From assembly GCA_951406725.2 (NCBI GenBank), contig OX597838.1, positions 4,774,001 through 4,838,000 on the forward strand: a DNA stretch of 64,000 bases, read 5' to 3'. The notes under the pieces were generated by a model. The model did not search any database. It was not told the DNA's origin and saw only the letters and a list, made by a program, of their open reading frames with translations. Position numbers and translations under genes: made by a program. The stretch comes from Octopus vulgaris. Taxonomy: Eukaryota. Shown one piece after another: positions 52,907 to 64,000 of the stretch. Positions within the stretch are counted from its first letter, which is position 1. Each line of letters starts with the position of its first letter.

Positions 52907-54085
52907 TAGGGGTTGGACAAAATAATGGATACACCTCAAAATTTCAAACAAATTTATTTTAATATGGGATAGGATCACCTTTGGCAGTAATTAAAGCTGG
53001 AATCGTACAAAATTTGAATAGTTTCCAAAGGAATGTTTGTCCATTCTTCAATTCAAACACTCTCCTGTTCTTGTAGTGATGATGGTGGTGGATATCGACT
53101 CCTTACTTGTTTTTCTAAAATGCACCAAAAATGTCCAGTAATTTTGAGATCTAGGGACTGTGGTGGCCAGACAAGATGTTCAACTTCACTAGAATGTTCC
53201 TCGCGCCATTCAGTAACAACTTTAGCCGTGTGAATTGGTACATTGTCATCCTGAAAGGTTGCGTTTCTCTCCTGAAACAGTTCCACAAACATAGGATGAA
53301 TTTGATCAGATAAAATGCTTAGATAGACTTGACTATTAATTCTGCCTTGAAGGGAAACCATTGGGATGGCGGATTTCCAAGATATAGCTCCCGAGATCCT
53401 CACAGACCCTCGTCTATGTTTAGCAGTTCGAAGAAGGCAGTTTGTGTCAAATGCTTCTTTTGACTGTCTTCACACGTATACTCGGCCGGTGGTCGGAAAT
53501 AAGCTAAAGGATGACGCGTCCGAGAAAATAACATTCTTCCACTGCTCTTGGGACCAATTCTGTAGGATTTTACTCCACTCTAAACGCTTTGCAACATTTG
53601 TTTTTGAAAGTAGTCGTTTTCTAATTGCAGCCCTCCCGTGAAATCCGGCTTTGTGCAGCTACCAGCTAGCAGTTTTTGTGGAAACTGGGTTCTCGCGGTG
53701 GTCATTTAGCTCTGCAATAATTTTGAGAGCTGTACTTTTGTGATACTTTCTAAGAATTCGCGTAAGAGTCTGACGGTCCCTATCTGAAAGTTTGGGTTTT
53801 CTTACGGAGTTGTTTCACTGAGGAGGTTTTTTCCCTCTTTCTCAAAGCCTGTCATTACTTTCGAGATAGTACTTCTTGATACAGCAAGCATTTCAGCTGT
53901 GTTCGTTACGCTAGCGCCTGTCATACGAGCGCCAACAATTTGACTCTTTGAAAGTCCGATAGAGCCGTCATTTTAAAGAATTCTAATTACCTTTTCCTGA
54001 TGATATCTGAAAAGAAACAAAACTTTTAGCAAAACATATTAAGCAACTCTCATAATAAATCAGAAAACATAAAAATAAACAAGAT
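52907..54085 (-). mobile_element. Tc1-family DNA transposon, decayed transposase (start ATG near 53971), one TIR visible
   Basis: WKNVIFSD, FQDDNVPIH and WPPQSLDLKITG (degenerate WPPQSPDLNPIE) motifs; TA followed by TAGGGGTTGGACAAAATAATGGA at 52905-52929; frameshifts present. Confidence 0.9.
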
Positions 54086-54393
54086 TGACATAACAGTTAT
54101 CCGGCAAAGCCTCAATACCGACATCTGAATTCGATCATGCCGGGATCTGAATTCAGAACGCAAATAGGGAGTGAACAAATAGCGCATGGTATCCGAATCG
54201 GATGATCCTACAGTTCTGCCAATTTAATGAAGTGGAATGGTGCGTCCCCTTTTTTTTTAATGAATTAAAAATGATAAAAAGCGAAGCTGAAGTCGTCCGG
54301 ATTTCAACCCTGATCGCGAAGAGTAGCAAATGAATACGTCGAAGCGTTTATCTGATGCTCTATCGACTGCACCAATTCACAACCATGACATAG

Positions 54394-54394
<1 letters not shown>

Positions 54395-54443
<49 letters not shown>

Positions 54444-54768
54444 ATGTATGTATGTATGTATGTATGTATGTAGGTAGGTAGGTGTGTGTGTGTATAAAGG
54501 CGGCGAGCTGGCAGAATCGTAAGCGCTCCGGGCGATGCATGTATGTATGTATGTATGTATGTATGTATATATGTATGTATGTATGTATGTATGCATGCAT
54601 GTATTATGTATGCGTGCATGTATGTATGTAAGTATGTATGTATGTAGGTATGTATGTAGGTACGTATGTGTGTATGTATGTATGTATGCATGCATGTATG
54701 TATGTATGTATGTATGTATGTATGTATGTATGTATGTATGTATGTATGTATGTATGTATGTGTGTGTA
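54395..54768. repeat. (TG)n/(TATG)n array containing a family B head fragment at 54498-54535
   Basis: Directly visible; GGCGGCGAGCTGGCAGAATCG. Confidence 0.9.
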
Positions 54769-55419
54769 TTGCACAGTCTTCTACTTTTGCTCAAGGTATA
54801 TTTTTTCTACATACCGAGATAACCTTATGCTGTGGTTTGAATTGCTAGAAATAGCAATCAAATACCCCTAAAGACATTTCTGTCGTAAAAATAAATAACC
54901 CTTAATTGAATGTGTTGCTTGGGGTACCGAAACACAAGCAGACTATAACTGTTACGTTATTGATTCCAAGTCGTTAGCATTAAGGATTAATCTGAGCTAA
55001 ACATCCGCAAGAACACGAGTCCGCAACAGTAATGGGCAGGACCATAGAAGGAGCCTGTACGTGTGTTGTTGAAGCAGTCAAATCCTTGTCATCTCATATA
55101 TATTACTGTGTTATTTGAAATACAATGAAGGACATTTTTGATGATATTTTTCTAAGTGCCACTGGAAAGACGGGGTAGTCGTGGATCGAATGTCTTATGT
55201 AAATGGTCAAATTGATGAGGCTGAAAATGAGACGAAACAACACCGAGTGTGATGGCACCGGCAGGGACAACGGCAAAAGAACACAAACAACAACAACAAC
55301 AACATGCTATAGCAACAAGTTGCGGAGTGAAGCTAACAAGCGAAACACAGAGTTGTCTCTGGAAGCTGCTAGAAACGGTAAGTTTGGCAGAGCAAGCATC
55401 GTCTTCGCAATACTTCTAT

Positions 55420-55845
55420 AATCATCATCATCATCATCGCTATCGCCTTCATCAACATCATAATCATCGTCATCGTCACCGTTGTCATCATCATCATCAT
55501 CATCATCATTCTCAACATCATCGTCGTTGTCGTCGTCATCTTCGTCGTCGCCATCACCATCGTCATCGTCATTCTCATTGTCGTCATCATCGTCATCGTA
55601 ATCGTCATCGTCGTCATCGTCGTCGTCATCATCGTCATCGTCGTCGTCATCATCATCATCGTTGTCATCGTCGTCATCATCATCATCATCATCATCACCA
55701 TCATCGTCACCATCATCATCATCATCATCATCATCATCATAATCATCATCACCATCATCGTCACCATCACCATCATCATCATCATCATCATTGTCATGAT
55801 GAAGATGATGATGATCATCAACATCATCATCATCACTCATCATCG

Positions 55846-55896
<51 letters not shown>

Positions 55897-55912
55897 CCAT
55901 CATCATCATAAT
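55420..55912. repeat. Long (CAT)n/(CGT)n trinucleotide array
   Basis: Directly visible; source of the poly-His/Asp/Met ORFs. Confidence 0.95.
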
Positions 55913-57036
55913 CATTAACATCTTCCGTATCCTTGCGGTTTTCGTCACTGTTTACAATTATCTTTAAATAATTTTTTTCTTTTTTTTTTACAGTTGATGT
56001 TTTCCCCTTTAGATGTCATTCTTCTCGCTAAATCCGAATTCGTTATTCTTTTATTCTTTTATTCCAGAAAAATCTTACAAAAATGTTCCAGGTGTTCGAA
56101 GTTTGATAATTTTCAGAAGCTTTAACCCATCAGAAAACAGCGCGTTCGCTGCCTCTTCCATCATCAGGGATGGGAGGCGGGCATCGGCATATCAAAACAT
56201 TTTCTAGAAATAACAGTCAAAACATTAAAATGTACACGAATAAATTTAACATTGGAAGGTTCGCGAGGAAAATAAATAAGTTTTCACACACAAAGATGCC
56301 ATCCTTCTCTCCCCCTCATCCTCATCTTCAACTCCCCCGCAACCTCATCATTATCGTTCCATGTTATCATCATGATCTTCATGATGGTGATGATGATGAT
56401 GATGATGATTATCATCATCACCATCATCATCAACAACAACAACAGCAGCTACAGTGTCACCAATGCACACCACAACCCTTGCAGCAGTCGTCGTCTTTGT
56501 CACCACCACCACCACCACCATCATCATCATCACCGTCACCACCACCACCACCACCATCATCATCATCGTCGTCACCATGACCACCAAGATGGTGAGCACT
56601 ACTTTGACCTATTTTAGGTCAGCTGTTGATATCTCAGTCTGATCTGTATGCGTGTATGTGTGTGTGTCTGTGCGTCTGTGTACGCGCGCGCGCGTGGTGC
56701 GTGGGTGGAAGTAAACAGGGAAAGGCTTGAAAATTTTATGTTCGGCCAGGCGCCGATGACCTGGCGCAAGGTCATTCTTATATTTACTTCCGGTTTTAGA
56801 GGCACTGGACATTCGATATACGCGCATGTATTTGTGTGTGGGTGGTTCACTATAGCCGCGCATTAATAAATAAATAAATAAATAAATATATACATATATA
56901 TATATATGTGAATGAAGGCCTGTATATCACAAAATGATTTCGGATTTACAGTTAAACGACACTCGGCAACAGGTATGTAATTACTGTGTTCGACACGGAT
57001 ATTTTTACTTGATTTTTGTTATTTCTTAATATTTTA

Positions 57037-57398
57037 AGGCGACGGGCTGGTAGAAACGTTAGCACGCCGGGTGAAATGCCTAGTGGTATTTCGTCTGCCG
57101 TTACCTTCTGAGTTCAAATTCCGCCGAGGTCGACTTTGTCTTTCATCCTATCGGGATCGATAAAATTAAGTACCAGTTGCGTACTGGGGTCGATATAATC
57201 GACTGAATCCCGCCCCTAAAATTTTGAAAGCATGCTAGACGAAATGCTTAGCAGTATTTCGTCCGTACTTACGTTCTGGTAGACTTTGCCCTTCATCCTT
57301 TCGGGGTCGATGAATAAAGTACCAGTCAAGTACTGCATTCGATTTGATCAATGTAGTCACTACCAACAATTTTCAGGCCTTTAGCGTCTAGTAGAAAG
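57037..57398 (+). mobile_element. Two tandem family B SINEs
   Basis: Units starting near 57037 and 57228 with TTTCATCCT.TCGG..TCGAT.AA..AAGTACCAG. Confidence 0.8.
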
Positions 57399-57414
57399 AG
57401 TCATTTTTTTGTGA

Positions 57415-58030
57415 GGGCGGTGAGCTGGCAAAATCCTTAACAATCCAGGTGGAGGAGTGGCTGTGTGGTAAGTAGCTTACTAACCAACCACATGGTTCCG
57501 GGTTCAGTCCCACTGCGTGGCATCTTGGGCAAGTGTCTTCTGCTATAGCCCCGGGCCGACCAATGCCTTGTGAGTGGATTTGGTAGACGGAAACTGAAAG
57601 AAGCCTGTCGTATATATGTATATATATATATGTGTGTGTTTGTGTGTCTGTGTTTGTCCCCCTAGCATCGCTTGACAACCGATGCTGGTGTGTTTACGTC
57701 CCCGTCACTTAGCGGTTCGGCAAAAAAGAGACCGATAGAATAAGTACTGGGCTTACAAAGAATAAGTCCCGGGGTCGAGTTGCTCGATTAAAGGCGGTGC
57801 TCCAGCATGGCCGCTGTCAAATGACTGAAACAAGTAAAGAGAAATCCGGGAAAAATGCTTTTGCGGTATTTTGTCTGTCTTTACGTTCTGAGTTCAAATT
57901 ACTACGAGGTTAACTTTACTTTTCCTCCTTTCGGGGTCGATAAAATAAGTGCCAGGCGAGTACTGGGGTCGATGTAATCGACTAGTCTCCACCCCCAAAA
58001 TTTGCAGGCCTTGTGCATATATTTGAAAGA
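57415..58030 (+). mobile_element. Family B SINE split by a family A insertion
   Basis: The B head (57415-57446) resumes in register at 57848. Confidence 0.85.
57447..57842 (+). mobile_element. Family A tRNA-derived SINE, full length, internal (TA)/(TG) microsatellite
   Basis: A box TGGCTGTGTGG, B box GGTTCAGTCC; AATCC duplicated at 57442-57446 and 57843-57847. Confidence 0.92.
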
Positions 58031-58711
58031 TTTAATGTAACTGTTATTGGGGTGGTGACCTTTCAGAATTGTTAGCACGCCGGACAAAATAGGGTAGAAA
58101 GAATTATCATTATGGTTACCAGGACGACGAATTGACTGGCAAAATCGTTAGTGCGTCGCACAAAATTCTTAGCGGTATTTCTTCCGGCTTTTTACGTTCT
58201 GAGTTCAAATTCTTGCCAAGTGAAGTGCTTGGAGAGGAGGGTAATCAATTTAATCATTTAATCAATGTAATCAATGTAATTGTTTTAAAAACAAACAGAA
58301 AAAAAAAACAACAAACTCTCTCTTAAATCGCTGCTAATTGTAACAAAATCAGTTTTTTCTATAGCCCAAAATCTATCTAATCACGCTCATACATACACAT
58401 AGACACACACATAGACATATATACACACAGACTCACACAGACACAGGCATACACACGCAGACACACATACACAGACACATGCACACACAGACACATACAC
58501 ACAGACACACAGAGACTCACACACACCCAGACATACACACACAGACACGCACAAACACAGAGACAGACACAGACACACAGACACAGTCACACAGACACGG
58601 ACACACACACACATACACACACGCACACACATACACACACACACACACACACGCATACAGAGTCCTCCAAAAATGTATACACATTTTAGGAAAGGAATAA
58701 TTTGTATACCC

Positions 58712-58947
58712 TTTTACCTCTATCAGTCATGTGACTGCGACCTTGCTGGAGCACCGGCTTTAGTCGAAGAAACCTAGAGCAGGACTTATTCTATCGTTTT
58801 CTCTCGCCGAACCGCTAATTTACCTGAACGTAAACATACTAACATCGGTTGTCAAGCGATCGTAGGAGGCAAACAGAGACACACAAATACACACACACAC
58901 ACACTCTCTCACACACACGTACACACACACATGCACACACACTTAAA

Positions 58948-59021
<74 letters not shown>

Positions 59022-59086
59022 CACACAACGGGTTTCTTTGGGTTACCGTCTACCAAATCCACTCACAAGACTTTGATCGGCTCGAG
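58712..59086 (-). mobile_element. Family A SINE lacking head
   Basis: Collinear match; ends where an RTE fragment begins. Confidence 0.8.
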
Positions 59087-59365
59087 AGAGAAACCTAAGA
59101 AACGGTTTTAGGGATGCTGCAAAAAGCAACCTAAAGCATCTTAATGTGAATATTGAAGACTGGGAACAGATAGCGCAAGATCGATCGGTTTGGAAACAAA
59201 TGATCAACAATAGATGCAAAGCATTTCAAGCTCGAAGAATCGAACAATCGATCTTGACACGTGCACTTCGTAGTCAGGACATAACTACAATCCAAGACAC
59301 TTTACTGCTTAAAAATATTTGTAAGATATGCAGGACTTGCAAGTCATATACGATCTCATGACAGA
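59087..59365 (+). mobile_element. RTE-clade LINE C-terminal fragment
   Basis: KPKKRF / DAAKSNLKHLNVNIEDWEQIAQDRSVWKQMI...ICKIC; typical W...A.DR..W motif plus a zinc-finger remnant. Confidence 0.8.
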
Positions 59366-59480
59366 ATTTATTAATTGAAGAAATGACCTCCTTCTGTAAA
59401 GAAGTAAAGTGGCAATCATCATCAACATCATCAACATCATCACTATCACCATTATCATCATCATCATCATCCCCACCACT

Positions 59481-59517
<37 letters not shown>

Positions 59518-59536
59518 ACATCTTCATCCTCATTTG

Positions 59537-59594
<58 letters not shown>

Positions 59595-59663
59595 CAGCTA
59601 TCTATTTGTCTGTCTGTCTGCCTGTCTGTCTCACTGTCTATCTATCTACACACACACAGTCGC

Positions 59664-59700
<37 letters not shown>

Positions 59701-59930
59701 AATGTATATGTATATGTACGTGTATGTATACATTAGCCTTAGATATTTTCTGGAAGTCACTAAAAGCATCAGGTTCAGTGCATAGCAAAGTTTTATACGA
59801 AAGATCGGTTCACACTCGCCAGGAACTGATTTCGGAAGACATAGAGAAGCACCGTGCTGCTGACTTGGGCGCTGAATACTTTCCGAAATACACAAATTCA
59901 CATACACATACACAATTACAATATAAATAC

Positions 59931-59999
<69 letters not shown>

Positions 60000-60064
60000 G
60001 AAGGTTGAAAAGGAACACATGAGTTGATATATATAAGGAAAATAAGTCAAGGTAGAAAATGCTA

Positions 60065-60109
<45 letters not shown>

Positions 60110-60149
60110 AGTATACATACACACGCACGTATACATATATGTGTTTGTG

Positions 60150-60314
60150 TGTGTGCGTAGTTTTTGTCTCTCCTTGTTTTCTGTGTCCCTTTCTGTAGAA
60201 GAGCGTAGGCTCGAAACGTTAAAGATCTTTTATATTCCTGAGTGTTATACTAATACATCTGTTTGTTTTGTACACCACCTGTCTTCGTCTTTTGTTGTTT
60301 TTTTCGTAAACTCT

Positions 60315-60318
<4 letters not shown>
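60150..60318 (+). mobile_element. PLE-type terminal repeat (family 2) with hammerhead-like motif at 60189-60224
   Basis: CTTT-CTGTAGA-A-GAGC gtag GCTC-GAAAC-GTT-AAAG; runs into (TA)n. Confidence 0.7.
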
Positions 60319-60393
<75 letters not shown>

Positions 60394-60457
60394 TTTCGTT
60401 TTGGGATTTGGTTTGCAAACTTCTTTATGTGAGTTCGTGTGTAGAAGCATATTCTGT

Positions 60458-60642
60458 TGTGTCTCGGGTGAGTCATTCTCTTTTAGTGCCTTATTATTTA
60501 CAACACTCACTGGTTTACGACTATTGAACAAGTTGCAAGACGTAACGAAAATTTTTGCAAAATTAAAGTAAATGAGTGGAAATTGAACCAGTGAGTGTGT
60601 GTTAGATAATAAGGCAGTAAACGTGAATGACTCCCCAGACAC
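60458..60642. repeat. Imperfect inverted repeat between (TA)n tracts
   Basis: Arms at 60458-60515 and 60586-60642. Confidence 0.75.
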
Positions 60643-60643
60643 G

Positions 60644-60687
<44 letters not shown>

Positions 60688-60951
60688 CGTACACACACAC
60701 ACATGTAGGGATGTGAAGCAAACATTTTACGAGTGATGTCTAATTGAAATTGTTTTTTTATCTACAGCCAATATAATTTAAAGATATATATATATATGCA
60801 GGATTTATAGAACTTATTAATATTGTTTTGTGATAATATTTCTGAGTTTAAATACTAGACTAATAAATAATCAATGGCTATATTAGTATATTTTAAGATG
60901 TGTACCCTCATTGAAGTTCAACACACACACATATATGTGTGAATGTGTATA

Positions 60952-61077
<126 letters not shown>

Positions 61078-61416
61078 CATTCATACTTATATATATGTAT
61101 ATATATTTCCCGTATAGGTTGTGTTATATATAGACAATAATTGAGTGAAAATGATTAAAAACATTACGAGAATTATTGTAATATTTGTAGATGAATTAAA
61201 GAGGCAAAAAAAAAAAGTGTACTGAAAAGGCGAAATTGTAATGCCATCCTTTTTGCCGACTTTGATATAACAAAAACCAACTCAAACGATAAGGTATATA
61301 TTATAATTAAGACAAATATGTTGTCGGAATAGTGTATTTTAAAAATTGTTTTTATTCAGTTATCTATGTATATACTAGAATGCATCTATTCATTTGCGTG
61401 TTACACTATCTGAGAC

Positions 61417-61628
61417 TATGAATGGGTGCTGAAAATTTCCTGGCTTTCGTTAAAAGTAAGAGCTGGTGTAATGATTTTATTCAGTATTTTCCTCTCTCAG
61501 TTTTACACACTTATGTTCAGCGGTCCTTCAATTATTCTGACCCTTCTTAAAGAACTGAGAAGGTTGGGCATCGAAGCAGGTCATTCTCGATACCTTTATA
61601 GCCAGGAACGTTTCACCATCCCTCGTGT
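61417..61628. mobile_element. Mariner-type MITE
   Basis: TIR-like ends TATGAATGGGTGCTGAAAATTTCCTGGCT / AGCCAGGAACGTTTCACCATCCCTCG. Confidence 0.7.
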
Positions 61629-61671
61629 ATGTATGTATGTATGTATGTATGTATGTATGTATGTATGTATG

Positions 61672-61737
<66 letters not shown>

Positions 61738-61739
<2 letters not shown>

Positions 61740-61915
61740 GGAGTAAACACATAAATGTGAAACAAGGTGGTAAAAAGAGTACTCAAATACCAGTGGTAGA
61801 GTAATATGCTTTATTTAAAGCAGCAGAAAATTCAACAAAACCTGTTACTCTGAGTAACGGCAACGGGAAACTCAGAGTAACAGGTTTTGTTGAATTTTCT
61901 GCTGCTTTAAATAAA

Positions 61916-61916
<1 letters not shown>
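61738..61916. mobile_element. PLE-type terminus with perfect 47-bp inverted repeat
   Basis: Arms at 61809-61855 and 61870-61916, 14-nt spacer; (TA)n on both sides. Confidence 0.75.
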
Positions 61917-61970
<54 letters not shown>

Positions 61971-61973
<3 letters not shown>

Positions 61974-62134
61974 GAGGGGTGCTGAAAAGGTCCTCGCTTT
62001 GGTTAAAAATAAATACTTATGTTTATCGGTCCTTCAGTTTTTCTAAGCCTTGCAACAGAACTTAGAAAGGTGGGCCTCTAATCAGACCTTTCGCGATACA
62101 TTTAAAGCCAGAAACCCTTCAGTACCTTCACGTA
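61971..62134. mobile_element. Second copy of the mariner-type MITE
   Basis: TAAGAGGGGTGCTGAAAAGGTCC...AGCCAGAAACCCTTCAGTACCTTCACGTA; internal similarity to 61417-61628. Confidence 0.7.
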
Positions 62135-62137
62135 GTG

Positions 62138-62193
<56 letters not shown>

Positions 62194-62239
62194 TATTATT
62201 ATTATTATTATTATAACAGCTATCATTACTTATTTATTA

Positions 62240-62455
62240 AAGTGACGAAATGACCGAGTCGTTAGCGTTGCGGGATAAACTACTTAGCGTCTTTTCATCC
62301 GGCACTACGTTGTGGGTTCAAGTTCTACCGACATCAACTCTACCTTTCATATTTTCGGGGTCTATAGAATAAGTACCAGTAGTGAACTGGTGTCGATGTA
62401 ACCGACCTAAACCCACCTCCGAAATTGCTGGTCTTGTGATAAAATTTGAAACCAT
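62240..62455 (+). mobile_element. Family B SINE, degenerate
   Basis: GTCGTTAGCG...GGTTCAAGTTCTACCG...AATAAGTACCAG...TGTCGATGTAACCGAC. Confidence 0.7.
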
Positions 62456-62575
62456 TAATATTTAAATTAATTTTTTGTATTATATGTTTTTTTTTTGTCT
62501 AATTATATGAAATGTATTTTCTCTATACTTCTTCGCAATAAGGAAAGAACCATTCTATATAACGACGAAAGCAAA

Positions 62576-62804
62576 ATGTCAGACACAGGAGCGCTGATAT
62601 CAAATATAACTTGGAACAATATCGATACCGACCAGAATTATCAGGTGTGCGATGCTGATTCTACGTTGGAAATATCGACAGAAAATTCTTTAGCTCAAGA
62701 TCAGAATCAAAGACAACCAACGGAGAGATTGAACATGCTGCCTGCTTCAAACGGATTTCCTGACTGGAAAGAAGACTTCAACATCCATCGGCATTCTACG
62801 CAAG
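62576..62804 (+). CDS. Candidate coding exon of an unidentified gene
   Basis: Non-repetitive open frame MSDTGALISNITWNN...RHSTQ; AAAATG context; upstream pyrimidine tract plus AG (62541-62542); CAAG|GTACAC donor-like end. No recognised domain. Confidence 0.3.
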
Positions 62805-62814
62805 GTACACATAT

Positions 62815-63051
62815 ATTCCTTTACTTGTTTCAGTAATTTGGCTGCGGCCATGCTGGAGTGAACCTTAACAAGTGAACCGCAACGAGTGAACCGCAACATT
62901 TATTCTTTCTAAGCCTAGTACATATTCTATGGGTCTCAGTTGCCCGGCGGCCAAGTTACGGGGACATAAACATACCAACATCGGTTGTCAAGCAATGTTG
63001 GGGGACATACACTGACACAATCAATGACACACACACACATATACACACATA

Positions 63052-63099
<48 letters not shown>

Positions 63100-63218
63100 T
63101 TATATATATCTTTATATATATATATATATGCAACGCGCTTCCTTCAGTTTCCGGCTACAAAATCCACTCACAAGGTTTTGGTAGGCTAGAGGCTATTATC
63201 GAAGACACGCAGTGGGAC
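62815..63218 (-). mobile_element. Family A SINE, degenerate
   Basis: CTGCGGCCATGCTGGAG...CAACATCGGTTGTCAAGC...AAATCCACTCACAAGG. Confidence 0.8.
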
Positions 63219-63692
63219 ACACACACATATATATATATAATATATATACACACACACACACACACATATATATATAATTATATATATACATATGCATATA
63301 TATGTATACATACATACATATATACATACATATATACATACATAGTGTGGAGATAACTGTTTCAGGTGTTTGTTTACATATGCAGTAAATATCTCTCTAT
63401 CTATCTATCTATCTACATACAAATGCAATCTGTCTGTTTAGCTTAGAATTCAGCAAACATCCTCAAGGAAATAAACCAGTGATCAATGATATTCCGACTG
63501 TAAACATCTAATCCTCTCCGGCTACCAATTGTCCAATATCTACAACTATGTTCACCAAAACCATTTTTTTTAAAACGGTAAACTAGAGTTTGAAAGATAT
63601 TTAACTGCACTTTTTAGTAAATTGAACTACCACTTTGAATATCTTTTTTCATGTCTTATGTATTGTTGTTCATTGAATTTAACCATCCGGTT

Positions 63693-63743
<51 letters not shown>

Positions 63744-63804
63744 AATTATTATTATTACTATTATTATTATTATTATTGTTAGTGTTATTATTATTATTAT
63801 TATT

Positions 63805-64000
63805 GCTGAGCTGGCAGAATCGTTAGCACGTCGGGAGAAATGTTTAGCGGTATTTCATCTCTCTACGTTCTGAGTTCAAATTCCGCCAAGATCGACATTG
63901 CCTTTCATCCTTTCGGGCTCGATAAAATAAATGCCACTTGAGCACTGGGATCGATGCACTCGACTAGTCCTTTTTCCCCAAATTTCAAGCCTTTGCCTTT
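63805..64000 (+). mobile_element. Family B SINE, alternative tail
   Basis: GAGCTGGCAGAATCGTTAGCACG...CCTTTCATCCTTTCGGG.TCGATAAA. Confidence 0.85.

Noticed and set aside
53053-53403. Functional transposase gene
   Set aside because: Frameshifts upstream, the catalytic Glu motif is lost, and the second TIR is not found.
55249-55948. His-rich or Asp-rich protein
   Set aside because: (CAT)n/(CGT)n array open in several frames on both strands, with no splice or domain support.
58657-58710. Tc1/mariner terminal repeat fragment (TACAGAGTCCTCCAAAAATGTATACAC)
   Set aside because: Only one short end with no partner; too weak to call.

Overview
Repeat-dominated, AT-rich eukaryotic DNA. The SINE families and the extreme (TA)n/(CA)n/(TATC)n/trinucleotide load look like an octopus (coleoid cephalopod) genome; this is recognition from memory, not a search. 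Only one well-supported protein-coding gene is present: an intronless 323-aa class A GPCR (40991-41962, +). It carries a lysine at exactly the opsin retinal-binding position (7.43) while otherwise looking like a non-opsin orphan receptor. Nearly all other ORFs in the track are microsatellite translations. The rest is a mobile-element landscape: several tRNA-derived SINE families that exchange heads and tails, fragments of RTE, CR1/L2 and Tx1/L1 LINEs, decayed Penelope-like elements (PLEs), a Tc1 transposon, mariner-type MITEs, a hAT derivative with an 8-bp TSD, a Helentron-like element and foldback repeats. Highlights: (1) about 11 hammerhead-ribozyme-like motifs in short PLE-type termini beside (TA)n tracts, several with family-fixed non-canonical cores (CCGANGA, CUGUNGA); (2) the Lys7.43 GPCR; (3) a SINE subfamily whose 3' tail matches the 3' end of a Tx1-like LINE in the same window. 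Family labels A/B/C/E are my own, and boundaries of degenerate copies are approximate.
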